The notes below the pieces were generated by a model. That model was given only the letters and a program-made list of their open reading frames with translations, was not told where the DNA came from and made no database searches. A program made the position numbers and the translations under genes. 16,753 nucleotides of DNA from Bacteriovoracia bacterium (lineage in GTDB: Bacteria > Bdellovibrionota > UBA1018 > JBFWNL01), in assembly GCA_050251055.1 (NCBI GenBank), contig JBFWNL010000016.1:1-16753 (forward strand), in the 5' to 3' direction. Shown in pieces: positions 8,846-15,375 of this stretch. Each line of letters starts with the position of its first letter. Position 1 is the first letter of the stretch.

Positions 8846-10798
8846 TTGTTCAGGTCCACCTCGATACTAGCGAAATTCGCTACGTCGGTTCATTTATACG
8901 TTAGCGCAAGCGTCCTCGGACTGCTTTTCGCCGCGTCCGCGCAGGCTGGCGGCGGGGCGCGGATCAAGGAGGCGACGCTTACCTTTCAAGTGAAAGACCG
9001 CGCGTTCGCGAGCTATACGAATTTCTACGACGAGGACATCACGACGCTCGAGTTTCTATTGGAGTACCGCTATCGCTCCATCTTCAACGGCCAAGCGTTG
9101 CCTTTCGATTCGACGCCGATCTCCAGCAAACACAAGCTCCCGTACTTCAAGACCGACCCGAAGGCCGACGACAGCTACGTGCTGGACGCCGTGCGCATCC
9201 TCGTACCGGCGCAGCCATTCTTAAACCCCACGCGCGAAGCTAAAGTTTATGAACTTTCACCCGACGATTTCTTGCAGCTCACGCGTAGCGTGCGCGTCGG
9301 CGCGGAAGACAAGCTCATCCTGGCCTTGACCCGCCTAGGTGACGAGCGCCGCCCCATGGCCTACTTCCAGGCGAAACAGGGCAAGCAGCGTTTCTTTGCC
9401 CAGGAGTCGGACGTCGTGGCGGAGGCGCCGTTCCACGTGACCTCCAATGAGCCGCACCAGATCCAGATCCTTGAGCACAGCGCCCACGCGCTAGCGGCCC
9501 GCCTGCGCCTACTGGAGTCCGCCGAGCAGAGTATCGAGCTGGAGACCTACATCATGGACCGCTCGCGTTCTGCGCGGCTGATTTACCAAATTCTCGCTCG
9601 CAAGGCGCGTGCTGGGGTAAAGGTCCGGCTGCTGCAAGATCGCGGCCCTCACAACTCCGATTACATCGATTCCTATCTCAGTTTGGCGCTCCAAGAAGCC
9701 GGCGTTGAATTCAAGGTTTACAACCCGTTTGCCGGCATGGACCCCCACCAAATCCGCAATCACCGCAAGTTGATCGCGGTTGATGGCCGCCGCGCCATCA
9801 TCGGGGGGCGAAATGTCGAGGACCGCTACTATTACGCAGGCGCGGATTTTAACTTCGCCGATCGGGATATCTGGATCGAGGGCCCCATCGTGGCCGGGAT
9901 GGTGGAAAGCTTCGATCGCTTCTGGCGTGATGAAGCCTCCCGTACGTGGGACGTAGCCCGGGAGCCGAGCCGGTGGGACTACGAAAACGGCGGTTACCAC
10001 GCCGACCTCAAGCAGTTCATGCGCCGACGCGAAGAGGCGCGCCAGCTCCTCACTGAAGACACCTTCGACTTCATGAAGCGCATGAGCCTGGGGTCGGTCG
10101 CGCCAAAGCAGGACGAAGAAGCCCCCCTCTTCACCGTGAATAAGCTAACTTTCGTCAGCGACCGCCCCGGAAATCGCTACCGCGGCCGCGTGGTCAGCCA
10201 TTACATGTTCGCTCGCATGCAGGCCGCGCAACGGGAAATCCTCGTGGAAAACCCTTATTTCATCCCGATGGACGACGCTCGCACGCTCTATAAAGAAATC
10301 CTGGCCAAACGCCCCGCCTTGAATTTCGTGGTCCTCACCAACAGCCGATATTCCGCCTCGCGAGGTCAGCTATTGGTCGCCAAGATCATGGAAGACGAGT
10401 CCGCCGGACTCGTTAAAAAAGGGTTGAAGATGTTCGGTTATGCCGGCCACCTAAACGAGCCCAACACCTGGGGAGGCGGCGTCGCGGAGCAGAAGCGGGC
10501 CGAGCTGCACGGCAAATCCATGGTTATCGACGGTCGGGATGTCATGATTGGCTCGGTCAACCTGGATCCCCGCTCGCTGAATTACAACTCCGAGCTAGCG
10601 CTATTCGTTGACGACGCACCCGAGTTTGCCGCCGAGGTCAAACGCTTGACCGAGCAACGAATCGCGGAGAGCTACGAAATCATGCCCAACGGGATGCCAA
10701 AAGTGGAAGGCATTGAGCCGCTCGATCACTCCGGCGGTGCGCACTTCGGCTCGAATTTAGGCTTCTTCTTCACGCTGCTGCTCCACGAACTCTTTTAA
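8846..10798 (+). CDS. Secreted phospholipase D / cardiolipin synthase (ClsC-like) family protein
   Basis: Two HKD motifs (HRKLIAVD...GGRN and HGKSMVID...GSVNLDPRS); signal peptide ending AQA; about 170 aa of extra N-terminal sequence. Confidence 0.9.
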   Translation: MFRSTSILAKFATSVHLYVSASVLGLLFAASAQAGGGARIKEATLTFQVKDRAFASYTNFYDEDITTLEFLLEYRYRSIFNGQALPFDSTPISSKHKLPYFKTDPKADDSYVLDAVRILVPAQPFLNPTREAKVYELSPDDFLQLTRSVRVGAEDKLILALTRLGDERRPMAYFQAKQGKQRFFAQESDVVAEAPFHVTSNEPHQIQILEHSAHALAARLRLLESAEQSIELETYIMDRSRSARLIYQILARKARAGVKVRLLQDRGPHNSDYIDSYLSLALQEAGVEFKVYNPFAGMDPHQIRNHRKLIAVDGRRAIIGGRNVEDRYYYAGADFNFADRDIWIEGPIVAGMVESFDRFWRDEASRTWDVAREPSRWDYENGGYHADLKQFMRRREEARQLLTEDTFDFMKRMSLGSVAPKQDEEAPLFTVNKLTFVSDRPGNRYRGRVVSHYMFARMQAAQREILVENPYFIPMDDARTLYKEILAKRPALNFVVLTNSRYSASRGQLLVAKIMEDESAGLVKKGLKMFGYAGHLNEPNTWGGGVAEQKRAELHGKSMVIDGRDVMIGSVNLDPRSLNYNSELALFVDDAPEFAAEVKRLTEQRIAESYEIMPNGMPKVEGIEPLDHSGGAHFGSNLGFFFTLLLHELF

Positions 10799-10812
10799 GG
10801 CCCGCGCCGCCG

Positions 10813-10828
10813 TGGCATTGAACTTGTA
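10813..10828 (+). promoter_or_regulatory. sigma54-like promoter upstream of the hpf-like gene
   Basis: TGGCATTGAACTTGTA (GG-N10-GT, one mismatch at -12). Confidence 0.45.
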
Positions 10829-10877
10829 GGCAATGACATTGGCACCGATTTCAAATGGATTTCGAATGGAGGCCCCC

Positions 10878-11207
10878 ATGTCTGATCGAATCAATTGCGA
10901 ACATTTCTCCCTGACCCCTTCTATTCGCGAGCACGTTTCAAAGCACATCGAGGATATCAAGGCCGTGCTGCCGGCGCACGCGGAGGTGGTGTCCTTCCTT
11001 TGCGAGAGCAACCCGCGCGTCTTTTCGGTGCTCTTTCGAGCCCACGTTTGGGGAAAGGACATTGTAGTAAAGAGCACCGGCGACGACCTCTATGCCGAGA
11101 TTACCCGGGCCAAACGCATTTTCGTGCAGCGCGCGCACGAGCTCAAAGAACAGCGCAAGCGACACCGGGAAAGCCGGCTCGCCTCGGGCCTGCGGCCACG
11201 CGCCTAG
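10878..11207 (+). CDS. hpf: HPF/RaiA family ribosome hibernation (sigma54 modulation / S30AE) protein
   Basis: GGAGG RBS at 10868-10872. INCEHFSLTPSIREHVSKHI...DIVVKSTGDDLYAEITRAKRIFVQR matches the HPF pattern (LTxxIRxxV, DLYxxI, basic last helix). Confidence 0.8.
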   Translation: MSDRINCEHFSLTPSIREHVSKHIEDIKAVLPAHAEVVSFLCESNPRVFSVLFRAHVWGKDIVVKSTGDDLYAEITRAKRIFVQRAHELKEQRKRHRESRLASGLRPRA

Positions 11208-11252
11208 AAAAAACGGGAGCCTAGCCAACGAACCGCTCGGCTAGACTCCCGT
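11208..11252 (-). terminator. Intrinsic terminator for the activator-Hpt operon (possibly bidirectional)
   Basis: Hairpin ACGGGAG-C-CTAGCC-N12-GGCTAG-A-CTCCCGT with A6 at 11208-11213 (U-tract on the minus strand), between convergent genes. Confidence 0.7.
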
Positions 11253-11287
11253 CTACGTTTATGGACTAGGTGGAGTTGGGGTATTAA

Positions 11288-11581
11288 CTACGGAAAATTC
11301 TTCTTCACGTAAGCCAGCATCTCGTCGAACTTGGCGTGGATGCCGCGAAGGCTCGATACTTTCACCTGCATGCGCAGCTCTTGGGCTAGCTGCCCGAGTT
11401 CCGCGTGACCAAACAGGCCGGCGTTACCGCTGATCTTGTGCCCAATGGTCTCCACGGCGTCGAAGTTCAAACCACGCACGGCCTCCTCAAGGTGGTGCAT
11501 GTAATCCATCAAGAGGGCGCGGTACTTCGCCTGCGTCTGCGGACTTGGCTGGTAATGAACCGTGCCCCCCCCTTGGACCAT
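11288..11581 (-). CDS. Stand-alone histidine phosphotransfer (Hpt) domain protein
   Basis: Predicted helical; VETIGHKISGNAGLFGHAELGQLAQELR fits the Hpt H-x-x-x-G-x-A-G motif; starts 3 nt after the activator stop. Confidence 0.82.
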   Translation of the reverse strand: MVQGGGTVHYQPSPQTQAKYRALLMDYMHHLEEAVRGLNFDAVETIGHKISGNAGLFGHAELGQLAQELRMQVKVSSLRGIHAKFDEMLAYVKKNFP

Positions 11582-11584
11582 GAC

Positions 11585-13159
11585 TTAGGCGTTGCCTCCC
11601 CCGCCGGCATCCTTCCCTTGCCCCATTTCAATGAGCCGGCGGTAAAGCGTGCGTCGGCTTAATCCCAACACCTTCGCCACGACCTCCTTGCGTCCCTTGT
11701 ATCGATCCAGCACGGAAGTGATGTAACGGCTTTCCACTTCCCGCAGCGACGGGAAGTCATAGGTCAGCTCGTCCATCATATCGTCCTGCGACTTATCGGT
11801 GGTGACCGGGATATCATACTCGTCGATGTACTCGCCCTGCGAGAGCACGACGCTACGCTCGACCACGTTCTGCAGCTCGCGAACGTTACCCTTGAACTGC
11901 ATGTGGATGAGTTTATTGAGCGCGGACAATCGGAAGCCCTTGAACTCCTTCCGGCAACTCAGCGAAAACTTGTCGAGGAAGTATTTCGCCAAGATCGGAA
12001 TGTCCTCGCGCCGCTGGCGAAGCGGCGGAATGTGAATCGGAATCACGTTCAAGCGGTAGTACAAGTCCTCGCGGAAATTTTGCTGCTTTATTTCGTTCAC
12101 TAGGTTCCGATGCGTGGCGCTGATAATGCGTACGTCGATCTGGCGGTACTTGTTATCGCCGACCGCGCGGATCTTGCGCTCTTGTACCGCACGCAGGATT
12201 TTCGCCTGCAGCGAGGTGTCCAAATCGCCGATCTCATCCAGAAAGAGCGTGCCGCCATTAGCCTCCTCAAAGAGACCCCGGCGCTCCTGCGTCGCCCCCG
12301 TGAAGGATCCCTTGGTGTGGCCGAAAAGTTCGCTTTCCAGGAGGGACTCCGGGATGGCCGAGCAGTTCACGCTCACGAACGGCTTATTCTCTCGACGGCT
12401 GTTGTCGTGGATAGCCCGAGCGACCACTTCCTTACCGACCCCGCTTTCGCCCGTGATGAGGACGCTCGAGTCCGTCGGCGCCACGCGCAAGAGCAGATCA
12501 TAGATCGCCTTCATAGCCGGGCTTTCGCAGAGCACGCCCTGCACCTTGAGCTTGCCCATGCCCTCTCCGCGAATGCTGCGATTCTCCTGCTGCAACCGTT
12601 TCAACCAAAGGGCGTTTCGGATGATCGAGTCGATGCGATCCAGCGTGAAGGGCTTTTCCACGTAGTCATAGGCGCCCTCTTTCATGCCCGCTACCGCATC
12701 CTGGACGTCGGAGTAAGCGGTCATGAGGACCACCGGGACGTCGGGGTAAAGCAAGTGAATGCGGCTGATCAGCTGCAAGCCGTCCACCTTAGGCATCTTC
12801 ACGTCGGAAAACACGAGGTCGTAGGGGAACGGGTTGGTAAGATGCGCCGCGGGCGCGTCCGGATGGGCGTTCGATACCTTACCCAAGAAAGCTTCCGAAT
12901 CCGCAAAGGTCTCGACGTCGTAGCCCTTTTGGGCGAAGAAGTCCGCCAGATAGATCAGCGTCGCCTCGTCGTCATCGACCACGGCGATTGAAATGTGCTC
13001 ATCGCTGTTCAAGCTGACCACCTTTAAATTGGGTTTCTGAAGCTTCTTGTCTTCTTCCGCGTCTTCCGAATTTGACGCATTTCGTTTAACTAATTCTTTG
13101 GAAGCCCCAGATGGAGGTAGCATTCCCTTTTTTTCCTTGTCAAACATTAGTTGTGCCAT
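11585..13159 (-). CDS. NtrC/AtoC-family sigma54-dependent response regulator (REC-AAA+-Fis HTH)
   Basis: REC (VVDDD, SDVKMP, KPF), Walker A GESGVGKE, ESELFGHTKGSFTGA, LFLDEIG, FREDLYYRLNV, GNVRELQN and HTH LGLSRRTLYRRL. Start uncertain because of a ~55 aa N-terminal extension. Confidence 0.96.
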   Translation of the reverse strand: MAQLMFDKEKKGMLPPSGASKELVKRNASNSEDAEEDKKLQKPNLKVVSLNSDEHISIAVVDDDEATLIYLADFFAQKGYDVETFADSEAFLGKVSNAHPDAPAAHLTNPFPYDLVFSDVKMPKVDGLQLISRIHLLYPDVPVVLMTAYSDVQDAVAGMKEGAYDYVEKPFTLDRIDSIIRNALWLKRLQQENRSIRGEGMGKLKVQGVLCESPAMKAIYDLLLRVAPTDSSVLITGESGVGKEVVARAIHDNSRRENKPFVSVNCSAIPESLLESELFGHTKGSFTGATQERRGLFEEANGGTLFLDEIGDLDTSLQAKILRAVQERKIRAVGDNKYRQIDVRIISATHRNLVNEIKQQNFREDLYYRLNVIPIHIPPLRQRREDIPILAKYFLDKFSLSCRKEFKGFRLSALNKLIHMQFKGNVRELQNVVERSVVLSQGEYIDEYDIPVTTDKSQDDMMDELTYDFPSLREVESRYITSVLDRYKGRKEVVAKVLGLSRRTLYRRLIEMGQGKDAGGGGNA

Positions 13160-13176
13160 AGTGTGTCTAACACTTA

Positions 13177-13192
13177 AGCAACATGCGTGCCC
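13177..13192 (-). promoter_or_regulatory. sigma54 promoter of the activator-Hpt operon
   Basis: Minus strand reads GGGCACGCATGTTGCT (GG-N10-GC). Confidence 0.65.
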
Positions 13193-13278
13193 TTATCTCA
13201 TTTTCTGCTGTCATGGCTAACTTTGGGGCGAGGCCTCTTTTGCTGCAGGGAGTTGAGTGCATTATACAACTATGAAAA

Positions 13279-13295
13279 TGTGCCAAATTGGCACA
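13279..13295. promoter_or_regulatory. Palindromic enhancer (UAS) candidate between divergent sigma54 promoters
   Basis: Perfect TGTGCCAA-A-TTGGCACA; weaker copy GCCGAATTGGC at 13328-13338. Confidence 0.7.
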
Positions 13296-13363
13296 CTAAT
13301 GGGCGCTTTTTGTATAAGAGACCGTCCGCCGAATTGGCGCGCTCATTTTAACTCAAAACCACA

Positions 13364-13379
13364 CGGCACTTGAATTGCA
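13364..13379 (+). promoter_or_regulatory. sigma54 promoter of the receiver gene
   Basis: CGGCACTTGAATTGCA (GG-N10-GC). Confidence 0.65.
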
Positions 13380-13490
13380 AATATTGGACTCACGTGGGGC
13401 GCGACGACTCAAGGAATCTTGAAAGTCGACGCGAGTCATTCTATTGAAGCTTCTCCACGGAAATCGTGACTGGATAGGAAGGCTCTTGAT

Positions 13491-13913
13491 TTGAAAACGC
13501 AATCCACAAATGCATCGGTCGCCGCAACGGCCACCGCCAACAAGCGCATCCTCCTCGTCGAAGATGACGAGGCCATCCAAATGTCCCTTCGCGAGTTCTT
13601 CGAGCAGGAACAGTATGACGTTCATTGCGAATCCAACGGTCAAGCCGCTTTAAATTATCTACGCAGCCTCGGCGCCGAAAACTATCCCGATCTAGTGTTA
13701 CTCGATCTCTTCATGCCGGTAATGGACGGAGCCGAGTTTTTCTCGGAATTCAAAAAAAATTCCCAATGGCTCCATAACATCCCGGTCGTTGTCATGTCCG
13801 CGGCGGACGAAGTGACGATGAAAGGCATCCGAAATCGCATGCAGGCGCTCTCCGGCATCATTAAGAAGCCATTCGACTTCGAACAACTGATGAGCATCGT
13901 CAACGGATACTAA
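13491..13913 (+). CDS. Single-domain response regulator (CheY-like receiver)
   Basis: RILLVEDD, DLVLLDLFMPVMDG, VVVMSA and KKPF; TTG start after AGGAAGG. Confidence 0.93.
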   Translation: MKTQSTNASVAATATANKRILLVEDDEAIQMSLREFFEQEQYDVHCESNGQAALNYLRSLGAENYPDLVLLDLFMPVMDGAEFFSEFKKNSQWLHNIPVVVMSAADEVTMKGIRNRMQALSGIIKKPFDFEQLMSIVNGY

Positions 13914-13987
13914 GCCACCGCTGGCACGACCGGCGACCGTTTTGTCCCAGCGACTGCCTCATCCTTCACTTTATCCCGTCGCTCCGC

Positions 13988-14003
13988 TGGAACACCCCTT
14001 GCT
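13988..14003 (+). promoter_or_regulatory. sigma54 promoter of the three-gene small-protein operon
   Basis: TGGAACACCCCTTGCT (GG-N10-GC). Confidence 0.62.
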
Positions 14004-14053
14004 ACTTGATATTATTTACCACTGGTTAACCCATCTCTAGGAGGAGGTTGGAT

Positions 14054-14260
14054 ATGCAGATGATAAACGCCAAGGCAGGCGGGGTAGACGAAACGGAAAA
14101 ATCCCGTCCCCCACGTGTAAGGAAATGCAATATTTGCGAGCAGAATTTCCACCCCCGCAGTCGGTTCGAGTGTTTTTGCCAAGACTGCCGCGAGAATAGC
14201 GAACTGCTCAGATTCGCGGACTGGCTACCCGAAGCCGACGACCTGCCAAAAGCCGCTTAG
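14054..14260 (+). CDS. Small putative Zn-finger protein (CxxC...CxxC)
   Basis: AGGAGGAGG RBS at 14039-14047 before ATG 14054; RKCNICEQNFHPRSRFECFCQDCR. Confidence 0.78.
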   Translation: MQMINAKAGGVDETEKSRPPRVRKCNICEQNFHPRSRFECFCQDCRENSELLRFADWLPEADDLPKAA

Positions 14261-14291
14261 GCCATCTTCTAAATTAAAACAAAGGAATCCA

Positions 14292-14720
14292 ATGGGAGCG
14301 ATGATGATGAAGATCCTTAACTTGTTTCAACCTTTAGTGTCGCGAAGAAAAGGAAGTCCTCGTTTCACGGGTAAAATTCACGTGGAAACCGTGGAAATCT
14401 CCGATTACTCCGGATTCAAGCGCGTGATCAAAAATTTCGCCGAAGAACTGTGGCGTGCCAGGACGCTTGCCGAAACCACGACCCGACTCACCTACGAATT
14501 GACTTTCGCCAAGCACCCGATCATCGACGATTGCGTTCAGTGCGATATCCGAATGCAAACCGACGGCGGCCACGCGCTTTGGGTCGCGCGCGCGTTGGGC
14601 AAGGACGCGGAGATGGCGTTCCTGCGCGGACTCACCTCCCTGCGCCAAAACCTGCTGATGTTCGCCCAAGGAAAAAACACTAGTCAGGAGGCCGACTATG
14701 GGTTTGCCCAAGCCGCTTGA
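14292..14720 (+). CDS. Hypothetical protein, possibly divergent HPF-like fold
   Basis: AAGGA RBS; beta-alpha-beta-beta-beta-alpha pattern by eye, ending VARALGKDAEMAFLRGLTSLRQNL. Confidence 0.75.
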   Translation: MGAMMMKILNLFQPLVSRRKGSPRFTGKIHVETVEISDYSGFKRVIKNFAEELWRARTLAETTTRLTYELTFAKHPIIDDCVQCDIRMQTDGGHALWVARALGKDAEMAFLRGLTSLRQNLLMFAQGKNTSQEADYGFAQAA

Positions 14721-14994
14721 GCCAAATCTCGAGCAAGTGCCCGATCCGGTCGACGACGTACTGGAGAACATGACCGACTGGATCAAATTCAAGCGAGACG
14801 TGCTCTTTTTACCGAGCCATCACGATTTTTCGGCCGAGGTAACTTACGACGAAGCTACGAAGCGTTACTATAGCCGGGTCATCGTCGCGATCGGCGACGG
14901 GCACGTTTGGCGCGGTCACGGTGAAGGTGCCACCGAGGCCCAGGCCACACAGGAAGCGCTTTTTTCCGCCCGCTGCATCTATCGCAACAGCTGA
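14698..14994 (+). CDS. Hypothetical protein, possibly dsRBD/HPF-like fold
   Basis: AGGAGG RBS at 14686-14691; 23-nt overlap with the previous gene; RYYSRVIVAIGDGHVWRGHGEGATEAQATQEAL resembles the dsRBD GxG-helix region. Confidence 0.72.
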   Translation: MGLPKPLEPNLEQVPDPVDDVLENMTDWIKFKRDVLFLPSHHDFSAEVTYDEATKRYYSRVIVAIGDGHVWRGHGEGATEAQATQEALFSARCIYRNS

Positions 14995-15180
14995 AGGCCC
15001 GACGACCGATTGTTAAAGAAGCTTGAATTGACAATCGCGAACGCTTCACCGAGAAAGTCCGCGTTCTTAATTAATCTCCTGGCCCAGCGATTGCCCGCCA
15101 CCCGCGTTTACCAGGAAAAAAATGGACAGCTATGCAAAACCCGAGAACGCTCGGCCGCTCGCAAAAAACCGCAGGCAGGT

Positions 15181-15239
15181 TGTGCCAAATTTTCCAACCC
15201 TTGAGCCAAACTGGCACAAACATCCGGCAAATGTGGACG
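15181..15239. promoter_or_regulatory. Phased copies of the UAS motif upstream of the kinase promoter
   Basis: TGTGCCAAATTTTCCAA (15181, 13/17), TGAGCCAAACTGGCACA (15202, 15/17) and weak TCCGGCAAATGTGGACG (15223, 10/17), scored against the 13279 palindrome; 21-bp spacing. Confidence 0.6.
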
Positions 15240-15275
15240 AGGATAAACCTGATCGTTCCCCTGAAGCATTTTTTT

Positions 15276-15291
15276 TGGCGCGATAGTTGCT
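15276..15291 (+). promoter_or_regulatory. sigma54 promoter of the poly-HAMP kinase gene
   Basis: TGGCGCGATAGTTGCT (GG-N10-GC). Confidence 0.68.
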
Positions 15292-15375
15292 TGGGCGACA
15301 CCTATACAAAAAAAATTTGCTCACCCAGCTTGAACTTCTTGGACCGAAGATCTGCATTTTAAAGAAGGAACCCAC

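Noticed and set aside
12110-12991. 293-aa plus-strand ORF
   Set aside because: Antisense shadow of the NtrC-family gene.
13922-13936. TGGCACGACCGGCGA as an additional sigma54 promoter
   Set aside because: It has the -24 element but no TTGC at -12; the 13988 site fits better.
15010-15375. Short ORFs 15010..15204, 15071..15301, 15130..15375 and 15132..15362
   Set aside because: They overlap the UAS-like and sigma54 motifs of the kinase promoter and show no convincing RBS or protein features.
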